Assembly (NCBI GenBank): GCA_963789955.1
Contig: CAWBMV010000034.1
Coordinates: forward strand, 480,001 to 544,000
Source of the DNA: an uncultured Candidatus Rokubacteria bacterium
Lineage (GTDB): Bacteria > Methylomirabilota > Methylomirabilia > Rokubacteriales > CSP1-6
Length of the DNA: 64,000 nucleotides
Reading direction: 5' to 3'
Of this stretch, positions 40,344 to 50,291 are shown piece by piece. Both the position numbers and the translations under genes were made by a program. Numbering within the stretch: position 1 is the first letter of the stretch; every line of letters starts with the position of its first letter. A model generated the notes under the pieces. That model worked only from the letters and a program-made list of their open reading frames with translations, ran no database searches and was not told the origin of the DNA.

Positions 40344-42385
40344 ATGACTTCGGATCATTCATTCACGCCTGTTGAAGGAACCCAGACGCCGGGCGTCCAG
40401 CCCGAGCGCCTCGAGAAACAGCGCATCCCCTTTCGCGAACAGCTGCCACAGCCATCGCTCGAGTATCGATCCGCCGTCGGAAAGTGGCTGAGGCGCGGCG
40501 AGTCGGTGGGCGACCACGCCGAGCCAGGAGGTCGCGACCCATCCCTGGTGGAAGGTCATCTGGCTGACGGGCGTGGACTACTTCTCGACCCTCGGCTACC
40601 AGCCCGGGCATCGCGCTGCTTGCGGCAGGCGCGGTGGCGCCGATCGCCACCGTGATCCTCGTCCTCGTCACGCTGTTCGGCGCGCTGCCGGTCTACGCGC
40701 AGGTGGCCGGGCGCAGCTACGCCGGGCAGGGCTCCATCGCCATGCTCGAGAATCTGCTCGACGGCTGGAAGGGCAAGGTGCTCGTCCTGGTCCTGCTCGG
40801 TTTTGCGGCCACCGACTTCGTGATCACGATGACGCTGTCGGCCGCCGACGCCGCCAAGCACGCCATCGAGAATCCGTTCCTCCATCCCGTGCTCGGGGAC
40901 CACCAGATCCTGGTCACGCTCGCGATCCTCACCGTGCTCGCGGCGGTCTTCTTGAAGGGGTTCAACGAGGCGATCGGCCTGGCGGCGGCCGCCGCCCTGC
41001 CCTACCTCGCCCTCAACCTCGTCGTCCTCGGGCGCGGCGCCTTGGAGGTGATCGCGCACCCGGCGCTGCTGGCTGGCTGGCGCTCTGCGCTCGATGCGCA
41101 AGGGCAGACTTCCCGCTGCTGATCGCCGGAGCCGTGCTGGTGTTCCCGAAGCTCGCCCTGGGGCTGAGCGGCTTCGAGACGGGGGTCTCCGTCATGCCGC
41201 TGATCGACGGCGGGGACAGCGGATCGAGCCCACAAGCCGCGGACAGGCGGCGCGCCGATGGGGCGCGTGGCCAATACCCGCAAGCTCCTGCTGACCGCCG
41301 CCGTCATCATGAGCGGCATGCTGATTCTGTCGAGCCTCGTCACCACGCTGCTCATCGACCCGGCGGACTATCGGGAGGGCGGCAAGGCCAGCGGGCGCGC
41401 CATCGCGTTCTTGGCCCACCGCTACCTCGGCCCCGGGTTCGGCACGGTGTACGACGCGTCGACGATCCTCATCCTCGGTCTCGCCGGCGCGTCGGCGATG
41501 GCCGGCCTCCTCCATCTGATCCCGCGGTACCTGCCGCGCTACGGAATGGCCCCCCGCTGGGCCGCGCTCTCCCGGCCGCTGGTGCTGGTGCTGTTCGCCA
41601 TCGACGTCGTCATCACGCTGGTCTTCGGCGCGTCCGTGGAGGCGCAGAGCGGCGCCTACGCCACGGGCGTCCTGGTGCTGATCCTGTCGGCCGCCTTCGC
41701 GGCCACGCTCGCGCTGTGGCGCGAGCGCCGCCGGGCGCTGGCCTTCTACACCGGGATCCTCTGCCTGGTGTTCGCCTACACGCTGGCGGACAACTGCCTG
41801 GGAGCGCCCCGACGGGTTGATCATCGGCACCGTCTTCACGGTGCTCCTGATGCTGGCGTGCGCCCTCAGCCGGTCGATACGCTCGGTGGAGTTTCGCATT
41901 CCGCACGGATACTTCTCGGACGTCGAGAGCTGGCGTCATCGGGCCGGAGACGAGGGGCAAGAAAGTGCACCTGGTTCCCATCCCGAGCTCCTCGGCGGAC
42001 GCCCGCCGCAAGACGAGGGACGAGATCGTCCGGCACTACAACGTGCGCGGACCGTTCCTGTTCCTTCACGTGAACCTGCTCGACAACCGCAGTGAGTTCT
42101 CCGCGCCGCTCGAGGTCAGCCTCCGGAAGGAGGGCGACGACTACGTGGGAGAGGTGTTTGGGGCGATCGCCATCGCGAACACCATCGCCTACGTCAGCGA
42201 GGCCATGGACCCCATATCGATCTTCATCGGCCTCACCCGGCGCGACCTGATGGGCGCAGGCCGCCCGCTATCTCCTGTTCGGTGAGGGCGAGACCGGGCT
42301 GATGGTCTACACGATCCTGCTGCGCTACTGGGACTGGACGCCGGAGGAGGACGTGCGCCCGCTCATCTTCTTGATGTCCGATTGA
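40344..42385 (+). CDS. APC-superfamily transporter with cytoplasmic C-terminal domain (multiple indels)
   Basis: [45 protein letters not shown]; many TM segments. Confidence 0.8.
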
Positions 42386-42401
42386 ATTTCGATTCTGTGG
42401 A

Positions 42402-43421
42402 TCACGGCCGGCGGTCGAGGGCGGCCAGAACCAGGAACGGCACGGTCCACGCCACGTACTGCAGGAAGAAGACGGTATTGAAATCTACGAGCGTGGCGAA
42501 GACGAGCAGTACCGCTAGGTAGCGTCCGATCTCGCCGCGCGCCGCCGCCAGCAGCACGAGCGTCACGAGGAGGAGCATTGGCAGGCGCGCGGGCAGCCCC
42601 GTGAGCCCCAGTTGGGCGTCGAAGGAAAACGCCCGGACGTGGCTGTCCGCGTTGCGGGTAGCCGAGAAGAGGATCGAGCGCACGAATGCCTCGGCGTTCC
42701 AAGCCAGGAACGGCAGCGACAGCAACCCCGGCACGAGGGCGATCCACCCCGCAGCCCCCGCCGCCTCCCGGAGGCGAGCGCTCGGGTCGGGTGCTCCACG
42801 CCAAGTCCAGACAAGGTAGAGCGGTGTGACGAGGACCGCGATGTGTTTCCAGGCTAGGGAGAGACCGAAGAGCAGCAGCGAGGCGCGACGACGCGTGTCG
42901 AACAGGAGCAGTGAGCCGAGCAGACACAGGATAGGGAGGAAGTCCACTTGGGCGACCTTGGCAACGTAGAGTGTCCAGCGATTCAGGCCCCAGAAAAGTC
43001 CCGCGAACACCCCGAGGACGGGGTGGCCAGTCCGCCGACACGCGACGAAGAGGAGGACACCGATGCCGATTTGAGTCACCAGCACGAGCGGCCGCCAGAG
43101 CCGCAGCCAGGCGTCGTACTCGGTTACGCCGAGGACGCGGGTGCCGGCCACGAGGATGTAGATGAGCGGGAGGTGTGTCGGGTACTTCCGGTTCTCCTGC
43201 ATGTTGCCGGTCATGATCCGCGCGTAGGGGTTCTCACCGGCGGCCAACCGGCTGCCCTCGAGCCAGATGTGGTAGATGTCCGGCCCCTTGAGCTCGACGA
43301 CGGACTCTGGCTTCGGCGTGGGGACGAGCGGCGGCGACGGGGGGAACGGACGGCGAATCCGCGGCGGCCATGACTGCCACGACGGTGAGGGCGAGCGCCG
43401 CGACGACGGACACGTCAACAC
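42402..43421 (-). CDS. Polytopic membrane glycosyltransferase-like protein (GT-C/GT87-like); start uncertain
   Basis: D...GENPY...YP loop followed by many TM helices; overlaps the GT2 stop. Confidence 0.55.
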   Translation of the reverse strand: MLTCPSSRRSPSPSWQSWPPRIRRPFPPSPPLVPTPKPESVVELKGPDIYHIWLEGSRLAAGENPYARIMTGNMQENRKYPTHLPLIYILVAGTRVLGVTEYDAWLRLWRPLVLVTQIGIGVLLFVACRRTGHPVLGVFAGLFWGLNRWTLYVAKVAQVDFLPILCLLGSLLLFDTRRRASLLLFGLSLAWKHIAVLVTPLYLVWTWRGAPDPSARLREAAGAAGWIALVPGLLSLPFLAWNAEAFVRSILFSATRNADSHVRAFSFDAQLGLTGLPARLPMLLLVTLVLLAAARGEIGRYLAVLLVFATLVDFNTVFFLQYVAWTVPFLVLAALDRRP

Positions 43422-44200
43422 CCCGTCGGGGCGGACTCTTCGGGTGAAGGCCGCGGCGCCGCCGTGGGCGGAGCGAACCGCAGCGCCCAGACCTTGGTCA
43501 GGGACTCCAGAACGATGCCCAACGACATCTTGGACTGGCCGGCGCGACGCGCTTCGAAGACGATCGGGATCTCCTCCACCCGGAAGCCGTTCCTCGCGAA
43601 GATGTAACTCAGCTCGATCTGGAAGCAGTACCCCTCGGACTTGATGCGCGACAGGTCGAACCGCCGGAGAGCGGCGACCCGGAAGCACTTGAACCCAGCC
43701 GTGAGGTCGCAGAGGTTGGAGCCGAGCACGGCGCGAGCGTACAGGTTGCCGCCGCGGCTGATCAGCCGCCGGAGCACACTACCACTGGCGACACCGCCCC
43801 CGGGCACGTAGCGCGAACCCACGACGAGGTCCGCGTCACGGATCCGCTCCAGGAACACCGGGAGATAGCGCGGCGGGTGGGAGAAGTCCGCGTCCATCTC
43901 GAAGACGAGATCGTACCCCTCCCGGGCGGCGTGGTCGAAGCCGGCCAGGTAGGCCGAGGCGAGACCGAGCCGCCGGGACCGGGTGAGGAGGGAGACCGCC
44001 GCGTCATCCGCCCGCACGGCCGCCACCGCGTCGGCCGTGCCATCGGGCGAGCCGTCGTCGACGACGAGGACGTCCACCGCGGCGACCTTGCGCACTTCGC
44101 GGAGCAATGCGCCGATGCTCTCGCGCTCGTTGTAGGTTGGGATCACCACGAGGGTGCGCGGGTTCGCAGGCAGCGGCCCCGCCAAAGCTCCCGCAGCCAT
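43415..44200 (-). CDS. Polyprenol monophosphomannose synthase-like GT2
   Basis: VVIPTYNE, VDDGSPDGT, EMDADFSH, GSRYVPGG, GYCFQIE. Confidence 0.9.
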   Translation of the reverse strand: MAAGALAGPLPANPRTLVVIPTYNERESIGALLREVRKVAAVDVLVVDDGSPDGTADAVAAVRADDAAVSLLTRSRRLGLASAYLAGFDHAAREGYDLVFEMDADFSHPPRYLPVFLERIRDADLVVGSRYVPGGGVASGSVLRRLISRGGNLYARAVLGSNLCDLTAGFKCFRVAALRRFDLSRIKSEGYCFQIELSYIFARNGFRVEEIPIVFEARRAGQSKMSLGIVLESLTKVWALRFAPPTAAPRPSPEESAPTGC

Positions 44201-44238
44201 CACGGCGGTGCGTGCCACTTGAAGAGCTCGGTCGTCCC

Positions 44239-44271
44239 GATTCCCAAGGCTGAACCCCAGATTCCCAAGGC
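44239..44271. repeat. 12-bp direct repeat with 21-bp period in a divergent intergenic region
   Basis: GATTCCCAAGGC at 44239-44250 and 44260-44271. Confidence 0.6.
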
Positions 44272-44383
44272 GAGCGATACCGCGCGTCGAGATCGTACCA
44301 AGACCGGTTCGGCCCGTCCACCGCCCCCGAGGGGAGGTAAACGACGCGCCTCGATCGCGCCCGACTTTGCGTATTCTTGGGCC

Positions 44384-44800
44384 ATGGTCGAGCACAGCAC
44401 GCAGGTGCAGATCCGGTGGAGCGACGTCGACCCGGCGGGGATCGTCTTCTACCCACGGTTCTTCGAGTGGTACGACCTCGGCTGTGAGGCGCTGTTCGCG
44501 TCGCTCGGACTGCCGTGGCCCGAGGCGTTTCCGAAGTACGACATCGTCGGCGTCCCCATCGTCGAATCCGGCTCGAAGTTCCTGAGCCCCGCCCGGTACG
44601 GCGACGTCCTCACGATCACATCGCAAGTCGCCTGGGTGCGGACGAAGACGTTCCGGATGGAGCACGAGATCGCCGTCGGCACGCGCCTCTGCTCGCAGGG
44701 CTTCGAGGTCCGCGCGTGGGTGGGCCGGCCGAAGACGGCGGGTGAGGCGCTGCACGCTCGCCCGATTCCCGACGACGTCCTCGCCCGACTTCGAGGGTGA
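44384..44800 (+). CDS. Acyl-CoA thioesterase (4-hydroxybenzoyl-CoA thioesterase family)
   Basis: IRWSDVDPAGIVFYPRFFEW hot-dog motif. Confidence 0.9.
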   Translation: MVEHSTQVQIRWSDVDPAGIVFYPRFFEWYDLGCEALFASLGLPWPEAFPKYDIVGVPIVESGSKFLSPARYGDVLTITSQVAWVRTKTFRMEHEIAVGTRLCSQGFEVRAWVGRPKTAGEALHARPIPDDVLARLRG

Positions 44801-44916
44801 CCGTCCGGGCCCGCGGCACGGCCCATGTATACTCGGGCCGCGTCGCGCGCGTCTCGGCGCAGGAGGTCACGGCGATGTCGGTCTCGCGGGGAGTGGAGTG
44901 GGGCGTCCTTCTCGGG

Positions 44917-45648
44917 ATGCGCAAGGTCGAGACCGTCGAGCAGATGCCCGAAGAATACCGACAGGTCATCTTGAAGCTCCTCGCGGCAATCGCCTCCACC
45001 GAGTTCGCCTCCGTCGAGCAGCACCATCCGTGGATCAACAGGGGGCCGACGGCGGAAGATCGCTACATCCAGGCGCAGGTCGCCGCTGACGAGGCGCACC
45101 AGGGATTCATCGACTGTCGCCTGCTGCGCTCGTTCGGGCCCGAGGGACAGGCCGAGGCCGACGCCTTGCTACAGCGGCGCATGGGCGAGCACCCGATCGA
45201 TGCCTTCAACGTGCCGTTCGAGAGCTGGATCGACACGATCACGTTCTGCTTCACGATGGATCTGGTCGCCTGGTATCACCTGCGCGCGATGGAGAACTCG
45301 AGCTTCGCACCCTGGGCGCGCGAGATGACCACGATGGTCCACGAGGAGAAGTTCCACGCCTCGTTCGGGGCCCGCCGGGTGGCCGACGTCGTGCGGAACG
45401 CGGAGTATGCGCGCCTCTGCGGCGGAGGTCGCGACGAGGCGCAGCACGCGGTGAACAAGTGGTACCCGCGTGCGCTCGACACGTTCGGCAAATCGGAGTC
45501 GCGCTTCAGCGATCTCGCCGTGGCCTACGGCATCCGTCGCTGGGGCAACGCCGAGCTGCGCGGGATGTACAAGGACGACATCGACACTCAGATCCGCGGC
45601 CTCGGGCTCGAGGTGCCGCCCGAGGACCGCGGCCGCAAGATTTTCTAG
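44917..45648 (+). CDS. PaaA/BoxB-like ferritin-fold diiron protein (start could be upstream, up to 44797)
   Basis: MPEEYR, PT..DR...DEAHQG, AFN.P..SW.D, SS.APWAR...EEKFH, KWYPRALDTFG. Confidence 0.8.
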   Translation: MRKVETVEQMPEEYRQVILKLLAAIASTEFASVEQHHPWINRGPTAEDRYIQAQVAADEAHQGFIDCRLLRSFGPEGQAEADALLQRRMGEHPIDAFNVPFESWIDTITFCFTMDLVAWYHLRAMENSSFAPWAREMTTMVHEEKFHASFGARRVADVVRNAEYARLCGGGRDEAQHAVNKWYPRALDTFGKSESRFSDLAVAYGIRRWGNAELRGMYKDDIDTQIRGLGLEVPPEDRGRKIF

Positions 45649-45702
45649 GCTTCGCCGGCCTTTGCTAGAATCGCGCAACTCGTTCGGCAGGAGGACTCGA
45701 TC

Positions 45703-46881
45703 GTGCGAACAACCATGACACGCGCTGCTCTCGCGGGGATTCTCACCGCCCTCTTGGCCGCCGCCCCGGCGTCCGCCCAGACGGTGAAGATCGGCTTCAT
45801 CACCACCCTGTCGGGGCCGCAGGGCGCCATCGGCGAGCACATGAAGAACTCGGTCGAGCTGGCGCTCGATCATCTCGGCCGGAAGGTCGGGGGGCTCGAC
45901 GTCGAGGTGATCTACGGCGACGACCAGGTCAAGCCCGACGTCGGCAAGCAGCTCGCCGACGAGATGCTGAAGAAGCACAAGGTGAACTTCGTGTCCGGCG
46001 TCATCTGGTCGAACGTGATGCTGGCGGTGGCGCCCACGGTGACGAGCGCCGGCACGTTCATGATCGGCACCAACGCCGGGCCGCACGAGCTCGCCGGCAA
46101 GATGTGCAACGAGCTCTTCTTCACGACGTCGTGGCAGAACGACCAGACGCCCGAGGCGATGGGCAAGTACATGCAGGACCAGAACATCACCGACGTGTAC
46201 GCGATGGCGCCGAACTACGCGGCCGGCAAGGACATGGTCCACGGGTTCAAGCGCTACTTCAAGAACAAGATCGTCGGCGAGGTCTACACCCAGCTCGGGC
46301 AGCAGGACTATCAAGCCGAGATCAGCCAGCTCCGCGCCGCCAACCCGAAGGCCGTGTTCGTCTTCTATCCCGGCGGCATGGGCATCCAGTTCCTCAAGCA
46401 GTACGCCCAGGCCGGCCTGCGCGGCCAGATCCCGCTGTATTCCGTGTACACGGTCGACGAGATCTCGCTGCCCGCGGTGAAGGAAGCGGCGCTCGGCCAG
46501 TTCGAGACGCGCTACTGGAGCCCGGATCTGAAGAACGACGCGAACCAGAAGTACGTGGCGGACTACCGCAAGAAGTTCGGCAAGACGCCGTCGTTCTACG
46601 GCGCCCAGAGCTACGACGGGATCATGCTGATCGACTCGGCGGTCAAGGCCGTGAAGGGCGATCTCACGAACAAGAAGGGCATGATCGCGGCGATGCGTCA
46701 GGCCGACTACAAATCGACGCGCGGGCCGTACAAGTACAACGTGAACCACTTCCCGATCGAGAACTTCTACCTGCTGAAGGCCGTGCAGGATCCGGGCGGC
46801 GAGCTCGTGATGCAGATCCAGAAGACCGTCTTCGAGAACCACAAGGATTCCTACGCCGGCGAGTGCCTGATGAAGTGGTAG
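45703..46881 (+). CDS. ABC transporter substrate-binding protein (Liv-like, aromatic-acid-binding type)
   Basis: Signal peptide ASA-Q, KIGFITTLSG, NAGP, APNYAAGKD; GGAGGA RBS. Confidence 0.9.
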   Translation: MRTTMTRAALAGILTALLAAAPASAQTVKIGFITTLSGPQGAIGEHMKNSVELALDHLGRKVGGLDVEVIYGDDQVKPDVGKQLADEMLKKHKVNFVSGVIWSNVMLAVAPTVTSAGTFMIGTNAGPHELAGKMCNELFFTTSWQNDQTPEAMGKYMQDQNITDVYAMAPNYAAGKDMVHGFKRYFKNKIVGEVYTQLGQQDYQAEISQLRAANPKAVFVFYPGGMGIQFLKQYAQAGLRGQIPLYSVYTVDEISLPAVKEAALGQFETRYWSPDLKNDANQKYVADYRKKFGKTPSFYGAQSYDGIMLIDSAVKAVKGDLTNKKGMIAAMRQADYKSTRGPYKYNVNHFPIENFYLLKAVQDPGGELVMQIQKTVFENHKDSYAGECLMKW

Positions 46882-46906
46882 GGACGCGCGGCGTGGCGAC
46901 GATCGG

Positions 46907-46937
46907 GGGGCGCGGCCCGGCCGCGCCCCTTTTGTTT
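46907..46937 (+). terminator. Intrinsic terminator-like hairpin after the binding-protein gene
   Basis: GGGGCGCGG-CCCGG-CCGCGCCCC followed by TTTTGTTT. Confidence 0.7.
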
Positions 46938-46951
46938 CGGCGGAGGCCGGG

Positions 46952-47884
46952 ATGACGATAAGCCCGGCGCTCGTGCTCGAGCAGACGCTCAACGGTCTGC
47001 AGTACGGCGTGATGCTCTTCCTGATGGCGGCCGGGCTGACCCTCGTCTTCGGCATCATGAATCTCGTCAACCTCGCCCACGGCTCGCTCTACATGGTCGG
47101 CGCCTATCTGGCGACGGCGCTCACGGAGCGGACGGGATCGTTCGTGCTCGGCGTCGCGCTCGCGCTGCCGGCGACTCTGCTGGTCGGCGTCGTCGTCGAG
47201 ATCGTGGCCCTGCGGACCTTGTACGAGCGCGACCACCTCGATCAGGTGCTCGCGACCTTCGGGCTGATCCTGTTCTTCAACGAGCTGGTCGCGATGATCT
47301 GGGGGCGCGCCGCGATCTTCACCAGCGTCCCGCCGTTCCTGAGCGGCCATTTCCGCGTGTTGCCCGGGCTGCCGTATCCCACCTATCGGGCGGCCATCAT
47401 TCTGGTCGGCGTCGCCGTGGCCGTGCTCCTCTGGGTCCTCGTCACGCGCACGCGTCTGGGCATGCGCATCCGCGCGGGTGCCAGCAACCGCACGATGATC
47501 GCAGCACTCGGCGTCGACATCCGGCTGCTCTACACCTTGGTCTTCGGTCTGGGCGCCGCGCTCGCCGGTCTCGCCGGCGCGATGGCCGGTCCGGTCTACT
47601 CGGTGCAGCCCGGGATGGGCGAGGGGATATTGATCCAGGTCTTCGTCGTCATCGTCATCGGCGGAATCGGCTCGATTCGCGGCGCCATCGTCGGCGCCCT
47701 CGTCGTCGGCATGGCCGACACGCTCGGCCGCGCGTTCCTGAAGCCGATGCTCGCGACGATGATCTCGCCTCCCGCCGCCGACAAGGCGGGGCCGGCGCTG
47801 GCCTCGATGTCGATCTATCTCTTGATGGCCGCGGTGTTGTTCTTCCGCCCGGAGGGATTGTTCCCGGCGCGGAGCCGCTCCTGA
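46952..47884 (+). CDS. ABC transporter permease (LivH-like)
   Basis: GLTLVFGIMNLVNLAHG, VIGGIGSIRG. Confidence 0.92.
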   Translation: MTISPALVLEQTLNGLQYGVMLFLMAAGLTLVFGIMNLVNLAHGSLYMVGAYLATALTERTGSFVLGVALALPATLLVGVVVEIVALRTLYERDHLDQVLATFGLILFFNELVAMIWGRAAIFTSVPPFLSGHFRVLPGLPYPTYRAAIILVGVAVAVLLWVLVTRTRLGMRIRAGASNRTMIAALGVDIRLLYTLVFGLGAALAGLAGAMAGPVYSVQPGMGEGILIQVFVVIVIGGIGSIRGAIVGALVVGMADTLGRAFLKPMLATMISPPAADKAGPALASMSIYLLMAAVLFFRPEGLFPARSRS

Positions 47885-48832
47885 TGAATCTCTCGCGCCG
47901 CACGATCGTCCTCGCCGCGGGCTGCCTGCTCCTGGCGCTCGTGCCCCCGATCGCGGCCCTCACCAATCAGCCGTTCTACCTCGATCTCTTCCGGCGCATG
48001 ATGATCTTCGCGATCGCCGCCGTCAGTCTCGACCTGATCCTCGGCTACGGCGGCATGGTGAGCTTCGGCCACGCGGCCTATCTCGGGCATCGGCGCCTAC
48101 GCGGTCGGCATCCCCGCGTTCCACGGACTCGGCAACGGGTGGCTCCAGTGGGGTCTGGCCATCGCGGCCTCGGCGCTGACCGCGCTGGTGATCGGCGCGA
48201 TCTCGCTCCGCACCAGCGGCGTCGCCTTCATCATGATCACGCTCGCCTTCGCGCAGATGCTCTACTACCTCGGCATCAGCCTCGAGACCTACGGCGGCGA
48301 CAACGGCATGCGGCTCGCGGGGCGCAGCGAATTCGGCGGCGTCATCGATCTCCGGCAGCCCGCGGTCTTCTACTACGTCGTGCTGGCGATTCTCGTCCTG
48401 CTGCTGGCGCTCGGCAGCCGGCTGGTCGCCTCGCGCTTCGGGATGGTGATCCGCGCGGCGAAGTCGAACGAGCCGCGCGCGCGGGCGATCGGCTTCTCGC
48501 CGTTCCGGTACAAGCTCACCGCCTTCGCCATCGCCGGCGGCGCGGGCGGCCTGGCCGGCGCGTTGCTCGCCAATCAGACCGAGTACCTGACGCCGGACTT
48601 CATGCACTGGACGCGGTCGGGCGAGATCATGTTCATGGTGATTCTCGGAGGCATGGGCACCTTGTTCGGGCCCGTGATCGGCGCGGTCGCGCTCCTGCTG
48701 CTCGAGGACGTGCTGTCCGCGCTGACCGTGCACTGGCAGATCATCCTGGGCCCGATCCTGATCCTGGTCGTGCTGTTCTCGAAGCGCGGCCTGTTCGGCC
48801 TCCTCGTCGGCGCCGAGGGGCCCGATGGCTGA
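47884..48832 (+). CDS. ABC transporter permease (LivM-like; frameshift near 48085)
   Basis: LGYGGMVSFGHAA, MITLAFAQM, GGDNG, VILGGMGT. Confidence 0.9.
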
Positions 48833-49577
48833 GACCTTGCTGGCGGTCCGCGGTCTCAGCAAGCGCTTCGGCGGCTTGCTCGCCAGCGACGCGATCGACC
48901 TCGACGTGGCGCGCGGCGAGACGCACGCGATCATCGGCCCCAACGGCGCGGGCAAGACGACGTTCATCGGCCAGCTCGCGGGCGACCTCCGCCCCGATTC
49001 GGGATCGATCCGCTTCGCCGAGCAGGACGTCACGAGGCTCGATGCGCCGCACCGCGCGCGGCGGGGACTGGCGCGCTCGTTCCAGGTCACGAGCATCTTT
49101 CGCGACTTCTCCGCTCTCGACAACGTCGCGCTCGCGGTGCAGGCGCACACGGGCCGGAGCTTTCGCTTCTGGCGGCCGGCGCGCGCCGAGTCGGCGCTCC
49201 GCGAGCCGGCGCGCGTCGCCCTCGAGTCGGTGGGGCTCGGCGCGCGCGTCCACGTCCGCGCGGCCGACCTGGCTCACGGCGAGCAGCGCCAGCTCGAGAT
49301 CGCGATGGCCCTGGCGACGGAGCCGCGTCTGCTCCTGCTCGACGAGCCGGTGGCCGGCATGGGGCTCGAAGAGTCCCAGCGCATGGTCCGTTTCCTCGCC
49401 ACGCTCAAGGGGCGCATCACGATCGTGCTCGTCGAGCACGATCTGGACGCGGTCTTCACCCTCGCCGACCGGATCTCGGTCATGGTCTACGGGCGCATCA
49501 TCGCGACCGGCGCGCCGGCGGAGATCCGCGGCAACGAGGACGTGCGCCGGGCCTATCTCGGCGAGGATCAGACGTGA
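48825..49577 (+). CDS. ABC transporter ATPase (LivG-like)
   Basis: GPNGAGKT, LLDEP, VEHD, AYLG. Confidence 0.93.
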   Translation: MAETLLAVRGLSKRFGGLLASDAIDLDVARGETHAIIGPNGAGKTTFIGQLAGDLRPDSGSIRFAEQDVTRLDAPHRARRGLARSFQVTSIFRDFSALDNVALAVQAHTGRSFRFWRPARAESALREPARVALESVGLGARVHVRAADLAHGEQRQLEIAMALATEPRLLLLDEPVAGMGLEESQRMVRFLATLKGRITIVLVEHDLDAVFTLADRISVMVYGRIIATGAPAEIRGNEDVRRAYLGEDQT

Positions 49578-50278
49578 TGCTCGCCGTCGATTCGATCGAG
49601 ACGGCCTACGGCGTGAGCCAGGTCCTGTTCGGCGTGAGTCTCACGGTCGACTCGGGCGAAGTCGTGACGTTGCTCGGCCGTAACGGTATGGGCAAGACGA
49701 CGACGATCCGCTCGATCATGGGCATCGCGCCGCCGAGGGCCGGCTCGATCAGCTTCGGCGGCCGCGCGATTCACGGGCTGCCTCCCTACCAGATCGCGCA
49801 GGCCGGGCTCGGTCTGGTCCCGGAGGGCCGCCAGGTGTTCCCGAATCTCACCGTGCGGGAGAACCTCGTGGCCACGGCCGCGAACCGGACCGGCAGCGCT
49901 GCGCCCTGGCGGGTCGAGACCGTCTTCGAGCTGTTTCCGGAGCTCGCGGCGCGCGCGCGCATCCTCGGCGGCGCGCTCTCGGGCGGCGAGCAGCAGATGC
50001 TCGCGATCGGCCGCGCGCTGATGACCAATCCGCGCCTGCTCATTCTCGACGAGGCGACCGAAGGGCTCGCGCCGCTGGTTCGCGCCGAGATCTGGCGCTG
50101 CGTGGACGGGCTCAAGGTGCTAGGCCAATCGATCCTGATCATCGACAAGGACGTGGCGACCTTGACTCGGATCGCGACCCGGCACTACATCCTCGAGAAG
50201 GGACAGATCGTCTGGAGCGGGACGTCGGTCGAGCTCCGAGGCCGAGCGGACATTCGGCACCGATACCTCGGCGTATGA
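49574..50278 (+). CDS. ABC transporter ATPase (LivF-like)
   Basis: GRNGMGKT, VPEGR, LSGGEQQMLAIGRAL. Confidence 0.93.
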   Translation: MMLAVDSIETAYGVSQVLFGVSLTVDSGEVVTLLGRNGMGKTTTIRSIMGIAPPRAGSISFGGRAIHGLPPYQIAQAGLGLVPEGRQVFPNLTVRENLVATAANRTGSAAPWRVETVFELFPELAARARILGGALSGGEQQMLAIGRALMTNPRLLILDEATEGLAPLVRAEIWRCVDGLKVLGQSILIIDKDVATLTRIATRHYILEKGQIVWSGTSVELRGRADIRHRYLGV

Positions 50279-50291
50279 GAGACTGCGTGGC

